DNA from: Eledone cirrhosa
Lineage: Eukaryota
Assembly: GCA_964016885.1 (NCBI GenBank)
Contig: OZ024741.1
Span: forward strand, 328,352,001 to 328,416,000
Length of the DNA stretch: 64,000 nt
Direction: 5' to 3'
The position numbers were made by a program, and so were the translations under genes. How positions within the stretch are numbered: the stretch's first letter is position 1; each line of letters opens with the position of its first letter. A model generated the notes under the pieces. The model ran no database searches. It had not been told where the DNA came from and saw nothing but the letters and a program-made list of their open reading frames with translations. Shown piece after piece: positions 26,236 to 39,137 of the stretch.

Positions 26236-26424
26236 AATTGTTTCTACTTTAGGCACAAGGCCAGCAATTACCCAGTGTATTACTGGTACTTTATTTTATC
26301 GACCCCGTAAGGATGAAAGGCAAAGTTAACCTCGGCGGGATTTGAACTCAGAATGGCAAGGGCCTTAACTCAATGCGCCAAAGCATGGCGTCCGACCCTC
26401 TACCGATACTGCCAATCCACCGCC
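26236..26424 (-). mobile_element. Full-length tRNA-derived SINE with 18-bp TSD
   Basis: A/B boxes on the minus strand; ACAATCAACATAAATAAT at 26221-26238 and 26429-26446. Confidence 0.92.
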
Positions 26425-26942
26425 CTACACAATCAACATAAATAATGTAATGGAGGTATATGTGAAAACGTATAAAGATATATTAAACGTTTATATACAA
26501 TAAACATATGGGTAGCCTCACTGCCGAAGAAAGATATTTTTTACGAAAAGAAAGAAATTTATTCATTTATTTTCCTCTATGAATATATCATAGCCTTGCC
26601 AGTATATTTTGAGGATATCAGTCACGCATACATGCAAAATCGTAAAACAATGAGAAATTGTTTTGGCAAAATTATTTATGTATGCGCAATGAATTAGAAG
26701 CATTACTACTAATATGTATCATACATGAATAAAATGACTTCTATAGTTTTGCACTGATGATGTCAAGTAGAAATGTTTTGGAGATTTTTCTGAACAGCAT
26801 ATTGAATGGATGGAAAAATTATACTTATTTGATAAACATTAATAGAATTGCTTTTCTATTCCATTCATATATGGATATAACATGTGGATAAGAGTCAAGT
26901 TACTCTTAATAACTTATACGTTTGTTTATCAAATTACACTTA

Positions 26943-27150
26943 CTTCCCTACTCACCACCATAGGCGGTGAGCAGGCCAGCCGCAGGTGTGAACCCCGCGA
27001 GTTGGGGTGGATATTCCAGCGCGTCTCCCTTGCCGTCCTCCGCGGAAACGCCTTCTCCATCCTGTCGGCCAGATGGAGGCGGGGGGGGGGGGGGGGCATC
27101 GCGTTGCATTCCATATTTGAGTATGTGCACAATCATATACAAGTAGAATA
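26943..27150 (+). mobile_element. Short 3' fragment of a CRE-clade element, tail-to-tail with the long copy
   Basis: SLLTTIGGEQASRRCEPRELGWIFQRVSLAVLRGNAFSILSA closely matches the C-terminus of ORF 27303-28169 (-). Confidence 0.85.
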
Positions 27151-27199
27151 ATGAAATGGTATAATCTGCGTGCGTGTGTGTCTGTGTTGGTTATTAAAT

Positions 27200-29490
27200 G
27201 CATGTGTGTATATATGTATTATTCTGACATAAATATACACTTGTGATGACAATACGTCATTAATGTGGATATAAGTTGTAACGATGAAAGAATGGTATTT
27301 AACTAATGTATTGGTACGCGATGGGGCCCATCAACAGCCCCGGCGGACAGAATGGAGAAGGCGTTTCCCCGGAGGACAGCAAGGGAGACGCGCTGGAAAA
27401 GCCACTCCAACTCGCGGGGCTCACACCTGCGGCTGGCCAGCTCAGCGCCTATGGTGGTGAGTAAGGAGGTAGCCCTGGGGCCGAGGACACCAGAAGTTTC
27501 CACTGCCAGGGGAACGACCGCAAACCTGTCGGAGAGCGACCGATATTTGAGGAGGTTGGCCCCCTCAGCCCGACGTGCAACAGAACCTGGGTCAGTCGCA
27601 GACTGCACCAGGTTGAGGCTGCAGAAAGTGTCGGTGCAAGTGGCATCCCAGACGAGGGTTTTGCCACCGCGGAACGGGAAGATGGTCATGACATCTGGCC
27701 TTTTGCCGTCCTCTCGATCCAGCCCCACCGGCTCGAGCTGGGAAGTGAAGCCTGCAGCGTCCAAGCCATGCTTAATGACCTCGTTGAGGGCAGTATGGCG
27801 TGGAATGCGGCCGGCACTGTGGAGACAGGAAAGCGGGTGGATGCCGAAAGAGTCCACGGTGGAACCGCAGCAACATTGGTGTGGCTGGCAGATCCGGAGG
27901 CCGACCCTCAGGGAAACGCCGATTCGCAGGCTATGGTTGTCTAGCTGCGTGCCAGTGGAGAAGGAGGGCAGAGCATGGACCCAGGCACCACTGTGAGATT
28001 TTGAGGCCGCACAAAAACAGGCAAGGCGGTGCTGGTCAAGCTGGCGCGTGAGCCTGTCTGAGGCCAGGCTGCATTGGATGGCATCCCAAGTGCGTTGGGG
28101 GGACTTGACGTCAACAGGGTAAGAAGGAGGAGGGACGTCTACTGGGCTACGTCTCACAGGCGGCCTCACGTTCTCTGAACACAGAGGGTTCTGTTGTGTT
28201 TTGAAGAACCCTGCTGACGAGGACGCGGCACGAGGTTACCGACGAAAGATACGTCGGCAAAGCTAGTGAGATCGGGGACCGCAGGCCTAGGCCGCCATAC
28301 CTGACCGGTAAAGTGGCCTGTTGCCACCATATGTCGTCAAACTTGACGTTGCATATCCCTCGGTTGCTGCTCGGATACAAGTATCGAGGTCAGCGAGGAG
28401 AGATGTCTCGGTGTAGCATGGAACGGCTGCGGAGTGTATAGAGGAGCTTCGGCATGGCGAAGCAGTTCCTCAGCAGAAAGAGTGCTGGGTGGCTGTCAAT
28501 CAAGCCCATTTGGCTCGTGAGAGTCTGGAGCGGATGAAGCCTGGACCTGATGGTGGAGCGGATGGCCGGCGGGTGGATCGGTGACCCGAGGATGAGGACA
28601 TCCTCTTTGGCGTTCACCTGAACCTGGCGGAGAATGGACCGCACGTCCAAGACGGAGGCTGCAAAGCTCGCAGCATCGAGGCTGACGTTCACCACCTCCG
28701 ACTTGGCCGAGTTGACCTGGAGGCCGATTCCCGCCAGGGCAGGAATCACCGATTGAAGGTCTTTGCATACCCTACGTACGGGCCCGCCAACATAGCATCA
28801 TCCAGATACCAAACCTTGAGAGGAGCCGTGATACTCCGTGCGATGTGGTCAATACCAAGGGCGAACAGGAGGGATGCCAAAGGGTCGCCCTGTGGACCCC
28901 AGTAGCCGAGGGTATGACCGTATCAGCAGCTAGGAGCATGCTCGGGGCTCCATATGACAGGTAGGCCAGCGGGTAGGCAGAGGGGGCTCGGCTGAGACAG
29001 GCCTCGAGCAGATGATCCCGGCGTAAAGAGTTAAAGGCTTTCCTCATGTCAAGCTTGACAATGAGGTGCCTGGAGTCCCTGGATGCCGGTACCGATGGGC
29101 AGCTGCTGAAGAACTGCCTGATTGCATGAGAGGCTGCCTCACAGCCACCGGACACGCCGAGACCCAGTTGCACCGGACTAAACTCCTCACCCAGTTCGTG
29201 TGTGACGGACTTGCAGATCACCTTGGCAGCGAGCCTCCGGAAGACATTGCCCACAGCAATGGGGCGTATGCCACCCTCTTTCATTCTGAGAGCGGTGAGG
29301 CTGGCCGAAAAAAAGAGGCCTCGGGCCTAAAGGTCGAGGGCACCATGAATGAGCCTATTGGTGTGCGTCACAATTGCACTCAGAAGGCGGCGCCCGGCAT
29401 CAGCGGAGAGGGGGGGATGTCAACTCCTTGAGGTGGCCTGGTCGGAGACCATCAACACCTCCGCAGCTGCTAGCTGGGAAGGACTCAGCT
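27200..29490 (-). mobile_element. 5'-truncated, frameshifted CRE-clade non-LTR retrotransposon (RT + CCHC + restriction-like endonuclease)
   Basis: GC-rich island: GGIRPIAVGNVFRRLAAK, QLGLGVSGGCEA, LDMRKAFNS, YLDD, LPVRYGGLGL, CCGSTVDSFGIHPLSC, RH..LN, KRPD, VWDATC, PLAVETSGVLG. Confidence 0.9.
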
Positions 29491-29708
29491 AAAATTTCAT
29501 TTTCTTGATACCCTCGGTTCCGCATTAGGTGAAAACCTGCATTTTTCCTCCTTCATCGAGGAAAATCTTAAAGATTATCCAGCTATCAGAGTATTCGGTT
29601 TATTTTCTTTACATATTGTCCAGGCATGCAGTTTTTCCACGATTAGGTCTGTTGGCGGCCCGCGTTCCAAAATACCTCATCCCGTGCAACACCGGATACC
29701 ACTGCTAG
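29490..29708 (+). mobile_element. 3' end of a non-autonomous Helitron
   Basis: Hairpin-like CCCGTGCAACACCGG followed by ...CTAG|T at 29705-29709. Confidence 0.6.
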
Positions 29709-29712
29709 TATA

Positions 29713-30098
29713 TCTATATAATGCTAAAACTCTGTGATTTCTTGCGGGCTTGTCTGTAATGTAATACAGCAAAAAGGGCGCATAATGGGAAATACGTTGA
29801 AAGAAAATACGTTGCAACTGAAATGGGAATACAAATGGAATAAAACAAGTTTCGCGTAAATCGGACCACGGGTTCCGGATTATGGAGTTTTTTCCGGATA
29901 TCTTTCTTTAAAAAGAGGGAGAAAGATAGAGAGGAAGAGATAGTAGTTGTGACAGAGTAGATTCAAAGAGAGACCCAGAGATAGGGAGAGGAGAGAGAGG
30001 AGAGTGGAAGAGAGTTGGTAGTGGTGTTGTGTATATATATATATGTGTGTGTGTCTATGACAAGTGCATATAGATCAGACACCCACATATATATATAT

Positions 30099-30148
<50 letters not shown>

Positions 30149-30293
30149 GCATTTATATATATACATACACACACGTATATATATGGGTCTTCCAGTTTCA
30201 TTTTACATTGTATACATGTCTGCGTATATTTCAATTATTTATGACATATTTTGAAGTATAACGTGATCCAACGGGTCACGAGTGGTGTAGTAG
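29713..30293 (+). mobile_element. Putative non-autonomous Helitron
   Basis: Starts A|TCTATATAATGC; subterminal hairpin CGTGATCC-AAC-GGGTCACG (30262-30280); ends GTAG|T. Confidence 0.55.
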
Positions 30294-30536
30294 TATTTAA
30301 AAGAAACCAATATCAACTTTCACCTAGTCTGGTGTAGTAAATAACTAAAAGGTATGTTGAAGTAATTTAGTCTTAAGATACGCTGCAATATATTACGTTA
30401 GCTATGACAAACTGATTGTAGTTTGGGCGTATGTTTAAAGTGCGTTAATGCGTCTTAGATGTTTTACATTTTATGATCACGATCTACGACTGAAATGCTA
30501 CACACCTACACACACACATATATATATATATATATA

Positions 30537-30673
<137 letters not shown>

Positions 30674-30696
30674 GATAGATACAGAGATATGTGTGC

Positions 30697-31085
30697 GTAA
30701 TCTGAGTTTTTCGAATATTAATAATAATATTCGATTCGTTTGCAATTATGCAAACAAGCCTCATTTTTAAAGCCATGTGAGTAGAATGAGCCCCTCATTC
30801 TTGCTCTTGTTTTGGCATGTAAACAGAACTGCAGACACTAATGTTTCTGGGTATCACCCTTCATCAGTACAGTTCACTGTTCACCTGCCAACTAGTGAAA
30901 ATATAGGATATTTTCTAAAATATACAGTGACTGATCGGTCTGATTTGCATATTAACAGACTGGCTGATCAGTCAGATCTGCATATTAGCAGATCCACTGA
31001 TCAGACGGATTTGGATATCAGCAGACAGGCCAGTCAGTTTCCTGTATACGAGTGATTAATGGTCGGCTACGCCATATTCAAATAA
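30697..31085 (-). mobile_element. HHR-bearing non-coding repeat (retrozyme/pLTR-like); same family as 62175-63165
   Basis: Colinear with 62371-62765; HHR at 30826-30875; internal short repeats CAGACTGGCTGATCAGTCAGATCTGCATATTAG. Confidence 0.78.
30826..30875 (-). ncRNA. Type I hammerhead ribozyme, intact core, GUC site
   Basis: gaacugua-CUGAUGA-a-GGGU gau ACCC-a-GAAA-CA uuag UG-UC^ugcaguuc, with an 8-bp stem I. Confidence 0.85.
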
Positions 31086-31105
31086 AATATATATATATAT
31101 ATATA

Positions 31106-31295
31106 TTTCGTTTCTGAATTTGTTAAGCAAGATTCTTTATCTGAAAACGTCTGTTGAAACCGATATTGTTATACTTTGGGAGGGTCATGTTGCCAATAAG
31201 AAACACACGCACCAGTTACTTTCACCCCAATTTATTATAAATTAAATTTATAAGTTTAAGAATTTATAAATTTCAGGTTGGTTGGTTGGTTCCAC
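31106..31295. repeat. ~190 bp dispersed repeat (second copy 51237-51424)
   Basis: TTTCGTTTCTGAATTTG...GTTGGTTGG(T/G)TCCACA present twice. Confidence 0.9.
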
Positions 31296-31316
31296 AACCG
31301 GACGGTTGTTCATATA

Positions 31317-32828
31317 TTGTCAAAATTCTTTCGTCACACATTATGTGACCTCTTCAGTGACTGGGGATTCTGTTCTTTCTTTTGTGCCTCTCCTTTGTTC
31401 TGTCCTACGCCATCTTGTTTTTGTGTGTGTTGTGTGCTCATATAACCCTGATAATGTACTCCTGCTACGTTGATGATATAAACATCGTAGTAAAAACACC
31501 TCCACTAGAGAACAATCAGGAATTAGAGAAAAACACAATGGAAAGCATCCAGCAAATAGCTAACTCCATCCACCAGAGTATTAGAGTTACTATAGAATAC
31601 CCAAGCAAACACCCCAACCATCGATTACCTGTACTAAACACAGAGCTTTGGTTAGAAACCATTAATAACAAAAAACAAATCCTCCATTCCCATTATGCCA
31701 AACCCATGACTTCCAAATATCTGATCCACCGAAACTCAGGTGTTTCAGATCACACCAAAATCAACATACTTATTGCGGATTTGGTACGGGTGATGAGAAA
31801 CGTGTCCCGCATGTGCAACCCCAAAGAACTAGAGAGACACATACAACATTTCATCCACCCTATGCAGTTCTCTGGTTACAATCAGAGAGATAAAATATAG
31901 TATATAGAGGAGTCAGAACCGAATGGGAAAAAATGGTAAATAATGATACAAATGGGACCTGCCCCTTGTTTAGGAGCAAATTTTGGAATAGAATAGAAAG
32001 AACTAGGAATAAGGTTAATAGAATATACTCATGGTATGATAGCAATAAATACCAGAGTGTAATGTTCATCAATACAACCTCTAGAGGTGAATTAGCTTAC
32101 ACATTTAGAAGGGCGCTAGATAAACTTAAACTTAATATTAAGATAGTAGAAAGATCAGGTACCCCATAACAACACTTATTAGTAATACATACCCTTTTCA
32201 AAGACATCCCTGTATAAATAAGAAATGCATAATCTGTAAACGAAGCCCCCATATTAACTGTAAAACTAGAAATATAGCATAAGATGTAGTGAAGGACAGT
32301 GTAAAGATAAGAATATAGTGTACATAGGTGAGACAGCTCGTAGTAAAGGAGAACGGTTAAATGAACACTGACGAGAGCTTCAATATAAAAAAGAATCATC
32401 AATACTCCACCAACATGCCAAAATAGAACATAAGGGCAAATTAGAGTACATAAAAATAAAAATAAAATCTACACACAGAAAAGACGCAATGTTTAGACAA
32501 ATCACAGAGCAATAAACATAAATGAACTCCAACCAAAATTAAATAGAAAAGATGAATGGAATAGCAACATCACAACTTACAAATAAGGACAAAATGAAAA
32601 CACACACACACACATAGAACAAACAACCAACCAGTAACATGTAAATAAACAAATAAATAAACAAATATAAACACACAGACACCCCGATGTGACACATGCG
32701 CAAACTAATCACACAACACACACAAAAACAAGATGGCGTAAGACAGAACAAAGGAGAGGCACAAAAGAAAGAAAAGAATCCCAATCACTTAAGAGGTCAC
32801 AGAATGTGTGACGAAAGAACTTTGACAA
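31317..32828 (+). mobile_element. 5'-truncated Naiad-like Penelope-like element with inverted terminal pLTR pieces
   Basis: YVDD, TIEYPSKHPNHRLPVL, HYAKPM, KIVERSG, CINKKCIIC..NCKTRN, VYIGETARS.GER..EH, LNRKDEW, with stops and frameshifts. 31317-31436 is inverted at 32710-32828. Clade assignment is less certain than the PLE call. Confidence 0.82.
31319..31361 (-). ncRNA. Hammerhead motif in the inverted pLTR; the + copy at 32784-32826 has core CUUAAGA
   Basis: guca-CUGAAGA-g-GUCACA uaaug UGUGAC-GAAA-GAAUUU-ugac. Confidence 0.7.
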
Positions 32829-33291
32829 AAACTACACTTAAAATATAAGATTTATTCAAACATACGCATACGTGAATAATTAATTTCTAAATATGAATTA
32901 CCCAGCAGAGATGAAGGCAGAGTAGATATTCCAGCTAGACATAGAAAGTATATTTGTGAATACAGGCCTGATTATAATATTTATATATTATAATCAGACC
33001 TGTATGCACAAATTATTTTTTACTGCAAACCCTAGCCTATATAGCATCACCCTTGAGATGCTAAATAAATATGTGTACGTATGTTAGAATCTTCTTTGTT
33101 CTTTAGCTGCTAATTCTGTAGTGGAGCACTCTTCGAACCATACTACACTCTACCCCCGTCACTACTGGTGTCCTGACTCTTTTCCTATTACCCACTCTAC
33201 TATACTAAGTATCGAGTACTCTGGTGCGCTATAGTCCACCTGGTATCTTACCACACCTTCTTTCTTCTTTATACATACATTTATATATATG

Positions 33292-33480
33292 TATGAAAAT
33301 ATTCAGGACCCCGACGGCCAGCTTCGGCCGTTCCTACAGCTAGATGGTAGTTCGGATCTAGCTGTCGAAACGGCTGGAGCTCAGCCGTCGTGACCTTGAA
33401 TCTTTTCATATTACACACTCTACTTCCCCAAGTATCGAATACTCTAGTGGGTTATAGTCTAACTGGTTTTCACCACACCG
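33292..33480 (+). mobile_element. Fold-back hairpin family, divergent subfamily
   Basis: GGACCCCGACGG...TCGAAACGGCT...CCGTCG plus the same tail as 2713-2790; inner stem ACAGCTAGAT/ATCTAGCTGT. Confidence 0.8.
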
Positions 33481-33513
33481 TATATAGATACATATTTATA
33501 CATATATATATAC

Positions 33514-33544
<31 letters not shown>

Positions 33545-34112
33545 TATATATTAGAAAGTGAGGTTTTTTTTTTTACAAAATGAAAAATAACCGAGGTGTC
33601 CTACACGAGTGGAAGTATAAAGAAAAAGGGATGAAATCGAAAATGCAACTGAAGTCTTATTTTTTTTTTTTAAATATATATATTTATTTGGTTCCTTTAC
33701 CGGTTTCGCAGTTCTTCTGCTTTTCAAAAGGTGAGTTGAGATGGAGGGTCTGTGGTTTTTCTCACGTCTGGTTGGTCTCTAAATGTTACTTGTTTTATAT
33801 GGAAAAAGTGGCTCGAAAACCAGGTTTTTCGAGAAGTAATTTGATTGGTTTGTCAATAATTATAATAAATTTCGCGCCAGTTCGCGTTACAATAGTTCTT
33901 CAAATAAGAGAGGGGGGGGGGGTTGTCACAGGTTGTTTTTTCATATATGAGTGTTTGAATATCTTTTTACTTTAAAAAATGAGGCTCACGAAGGCTTTTT
34001 TTTGGTTGGTTATAAATGAAATTTGGCTGTCACGTGAACAAGTTTTCATTACATTTTTACGCCCTTATTTGGAAAACTATTCTGTAGTCTTTATAGTGAA
34101 TGTTATGACAAT

Positions 34113-34165
<53 letters not shown>

Positions 34166-34166
34166 C

Positions 34167-34351
34167 GAAGGAAATGTGGTAAGGAACCAGATGGACCATA
34201 ACGCACCAAAGTACTCAATACTTATGGTGGTAGAGTAGGTAATAGGAACAAGTATGACCCCGACAGCAGAGCTCAAGCCGTTTCGACGCTAATTCTGGAC
34301 TGAATTAGCCGTCGAAACGGCTAGAGCTCTGCCGTCGGGGTCATACTTGTT
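34167..34351 (-). mobile_element. Fold-back hairpin family, full copy
   Basis: Reverse complement of the 2601-2790 type; hairpin at 34247-34351. Confidence 0.85.
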
Positions 34352-34361
34352 TCTCTCTCTC

Positions 34362-34411
<50 letters not shown>

Positions 34412-35093
34412 AGAGAGAGAGAGAGTGTGTGCACTTAATACTTGTACTTGAGCCGTCTCTATCGAATAATTTCACAGTATAATTCAATTCAATGGAGTTT
34501 GTTCGAGCAATTTGTTTCACAAGTGGTGCCCAGCCATACTGATTATTAATTTTCGGATAGTGCATTGGTTATAGCGTTGAGATCTCGCTTTTACCCAAAA
34601 CCCAATTTAGTGGAGCCAATGCTGCGACGGGGACGCCTGGGAGTAAACTTGACCGGTAGAAGTGATAAACGCAACTTATTTTAGTCATTTTGTAGGCTAG
34701 CAGCTCACCCCACTACCCAGCTAATTCATAGCGACCCTCTGTATCTTGTTTGTGTGTGTGTGGGGGGGGGGGGGGTTGTCTGTGTGTTTAATATTCTTTC
34801 TCAAATAATCCCACTCTGAATAAAACCTATCACAAAACGCAACGTTTAAAAGTTTATAAAAAAGTATTCCACAATCCAAATTCAGGAAATTCATCTAATT
34901 CAAATTATTAATCTCAAATAAGTGTAAAACCTTAATAAATTTGAAATTAAAACCAAGCCATTTTATTGGTATTACTGGAACGAATATTGTTAGACCAAAA
35001 TCACTTTCAATATCTGGTTTCTATCCAAGCTGTATCTACCAGATAAAATAGTAGCATATATTGTGCAGAGCATTTTATTATAATGATTATCAA

Positions 35094-35282
35094 ATAATTG
35101 TTTCTACGTTTGGCACAAGGCCAGCAATTACCCAGTGCATTACTGGTACTTTATTTTATCGACCCCGTAAGGATGAAAGGCAAAGTTAACCTCGGCGGAA
35201 TTTGAACTCAGAATGGCAAGGGCCGTAACTCTATACGTCAAAGCATGGCGTCCGACTCTCTACCGATACTGCCAATCCACCA
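35094..35282 (-). mobile_element. tRNA-derived SINE
   Basis: Colinear with 26236-26424. Confidence 0.9.
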
Positions 35283-35607
35283 CATCTATCATACACAACA
35301 ACAGTCGCCCTTGGATACCATATAGACATATAGAACTGATTCAATGAACCACACTGTCCATAAAGGAAATAAATATTAAACAAAATATTAAGCGAAAGCA
35401 GATACAATAATTCCATAAACTTAGTGAATAAAATAAAATATTGCGAATAAAACGTAAACTACAAAATGAACAGTAAAATAAACGAATTAAACCAAACCTA
35501 CGCTAAAATCCAGAATATATACTTTCCTATACGTTTCAGGAAACTCTTTAAAATTAGACTTACTATTTATATTAAAATTGGAACCTAAATTGAGCCGATG
35601 GGATTCT

Positions 35608-35682
35608 CTTCTTCTTCTTCTTCTTCTTCTTCTTCTTCTTCTTCTTCTTCTTCTTCTTCTTCTTCTCCTTCTTCTTCTTCTT

Positions 35683-35758
<76 letters not shown>

Positions 35759-35768
35759 ATCTTCTTCT
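35608..35768. repeat. (CTT)n(CTA)n compound trinucleotide repeat
   Basis: Direct reading. Confidence 0.97.
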
Positions 35769-36537
35769 TTGCCCATTCGTGGGGTCAGAGTCCGCAAATA
35801 TTTCTCCAGAGAGTCCTGACATTTAAAAATAAATAAAGTTTTAAGTAAATCTTTCCATAATTAGAACGAATATGAAGTGGGACAAATAACTAAAAGCGAC
35901 CTCTAACATGAATTTGCATAAGGCCATGATGAGTTGAGGTGTGAGTGACATACATGATAAATTCTTGATTAATTAAACTTTTCGTGTTCTTATTTCAAAC
36001 GTATTAAACTTTATTTCAATCAATCAATGAAGCAATTTGATGTAATTAGTAGAATTATTGATTCATTCATTATAAATATGGCTGTAAAATTATGTTTGGC
36101 TATTAAATTTTAAATAGGACCCATGTATTTCAATTAATAAATGAAGAATTTGGGGGGATTTACTAGAATTATTAATAATCTTTTTACATAAATATTATGT
36201 GAAATATTCTAATTTAAATAGGAACACTATAAAATGGATGGCTGTGTTTCAAACAAGCAAACGCGTTATCTGAAGGGTTGGTATGAAAAGGCTATCATCT
36301 GCGTGGAGAGAGATAAAGAGAAAGAAAGAGGGAGATACGCAAAATCCCATTGATAATTGATAATAATTGTAAGTGAAAAGGTGTAATACGTTCAGGAAAT
36401 GGGGCATCAATTGTCGACTTCATAGCGGTGGTCCCTGTAAATTGCTCCCGGCTCTGGATCAGGTGAATGACAACAAAATGAGACACACAAGAAGAAGATG
36501 AGGAGAAGAACAAGGAGAAGGAGGTGGTTAATAATAA

Positions 36538-39096
36538 TACCACCCAAGGAGGAAGTGCAGGAATTCTGGGAAACGATCTGGGCCGAAGAAAAATTTCATA
36601 ATATACATGCCCCATGGATAGACAGACAAATGAAAGATACAGCTCAGCTTGAGGAACAAATATGGGAAATATAACAGTTGAACAGTTGCGTTGGCTCTTA
36701 AAAAAACCTACAAATGGAAATCCCCAGGAAAAGACAAAATACCAAATCTTTGGATAAATGCCTTCACAGAGTCTCATGAGCTGTTAGTCCAACTTTACAA
36801 TGAAATAGTTAAGGAGCCAGAAAAGATACCATCATGGTTAGTTAACGGCATTACATTCCTGCTTCCGAAGAATGATGAGACAAACACTCCCAAAAATTAC
36901 AGACCGATAACTTGCTTGACCACAATGTATAACATTTTAACATCAGTCCTAACTGAATGTACATATGATCACCTGATAACAAATGATCTATTTCCCAATG
37001 AGCAGAAAGGGGGTAAACGAGGCTCATATGGCTGTAAGGATCAGCTTCTGGTTAACAAAATGATACTGGAAGACTCATAATATACACAAAAATCTATCAA
37101 TTGTTTGGATAGATTATAAAAAAGCATTCGATAGTTTGCCCCACAGTTGGATTGGAAAATGTTTAGAGATATTCAAAATATCTCCCGTTGTCAGGAGGTT
37201 TTTGTCATTCAGTATGAAGACATGGAACACGACACTCCTTTTGAATAGTGATAAAAAATCACTGGAAGCTGGAGAAGTTAATATCAATTGTGGAATTTTT
37301 CAGCGTGACTGTTTATCAACGCTTTTATTCTGCATCGCACTTATACCATTAAGTAAAATGCTCAATGAAACAAAACATGGATATAAAGTCTATGACAAAA
37401 CCATTAATCACCTGTTCTACATGGATGACCTGAAACTATTTGCAAAAAATGATGAACAATTGCAAGGGTTATTATCCACTGTGGAGCAGTTCAGTGATGA
37501 CATTAAAATTGTGTTTGGACTAGATAATAGCGCCAAAGCAACGTTCACCAGAGGAAAGCTGCTGAAGAGTTCAGACATTAATCTTAATCGGGGTAATGTG
37601 ATAAGAGAACTTGATCAAGAGGAAACTTACTAATATCAAGGTGTTTGTGAAGGAGACGGAATCAAGCACTCGACAATGAGGGAAAGGATTAGGAACGAAT
37701 GTTACCGCAAAGTAAGAGCAATCTTAAGAACGGAATTGAATGCAAGGAATAGGATCGATGCCATAAACACGCTTGCCATACCAGTAGTAACCTACAGTTA
37801 CAATATCATCAACTGGTCAAGCACAGAGATCCGTAGGCTCGATACAAAAATTCGAAAATTCTTAACCATACACAGAATGCATCACCCTAAGGCAGATACA
37901 GATAGAATATATCCCTCTAGGAAAGAAGCAGGACGTGGGATAATCCAGTTAGATTTTGCGTTGAAAACTGCAACAATTGGAATATCTACACATCTAAGGG
38001 AATCACATGATTGGATGATCAAACTCGTTTTGAAACACGAAAGCATCAAAAGATCATACTCCATTACAAAAGATGCACAAAGATAAAGTAATGGACTGCA
38101 AATTTCAGAAGTCCCATTTACTGCTGAAATGGAAAACACAGAAAAACCAAAGCTGGTAAAAGTAACTGCAAAGAAAGAACTGCTACAGAAACTGGCTAAG
38201 AAATGGCAAGAAAAGCCTCTGTATGGAAAATAGCCAGAAAGAGCTAACAATCCTGATGTTGACAACACTTTAACCCATCAGAGGTTGGCATCCTCTGGAC
38301 TGAAATCGGAGACTGAAGGACTGATTATATCAGCACAAGATCAATGTCTGCCAACAAAAAATTACCAAGCCAACATAATAAAAAAATGGATGCAGCCCAT
38401 TATGCCGTGTATGCAAAAATCAACCAGAGACCATTGATCATATAATTTCAATGTGCAGTCCTATAGCTCCAACCGAATACCTAAACAGGCATGACAGAGC
38501 TGCACAATACATACATTGGATAATGTGTAAGCATTTTGACCTACCCCATCAAAAGAATTGGTGGGAGCATCAACCACCTCCCATATTTGAAAAAGATCAC
38601 ATCTCAATCTTGTGGAACTTTAGCATCCAAACAGACCGAAAAATAGATGCAAATGGACCTTATATAATACTAAAAGAGTTTAAAAAGAGGGTATGCCTGC
38701 TAATTGATATGTCCGTTCCAATAGACAAGAATGTATCTATAAAAACATTTGAAAAATTGAGCAAGTATAAGTATCTGGAGATAGAAATTGGAAAAATGTG
38801 GAAATTGAGAACTAAAACAATACCAGTGGATGTAGGCGGTCTAGGAATCATACCTAAGCGGTCTAATGATTACTTATCGCAAATCCCAGGAGAAATTCAA
38901 AAGATAGTACTAATGGGAATTGCTCATATACTAAAGAAGGTTCTGTCAATATAAGTACATCACAAGTCTAAACACCTAAAGATGCATGTGTGTGTATGTA
39001 TGTTCTTTCTTGAACATGGCGGACCTTGTTGTTTCTTGAAGTCACTGGTTGTGACTTGGTGATAACTCGTATGAACATAAAGCAAGGTAAATGCAA
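36538..39096 (+). mobile_element. R4/Dong retrotransposon family A, copy 1 (5'-truncated, stops/frameshifts)
   Basis: Colinear with 41831-44406; WKSPGKD, YRPITCL, YMDD, RHD; flanked by (TAA)n. Confidence 0.93.
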
Positions 39097-39098
39097 CT

Positions 39099-39133
<35 letters not shown>

Positions 39134-39137
<4 letters not shown>

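Noticed and set aside
32200-32400. Selenocysteine recoding in the Naiad-like element
   Set aside because: The zinc-binding Cys codons are TGT/TGC. The single in-frame TGA follows EH (probably a decayed Trp codon) in a copy with other stops, and no SECIS was identified.
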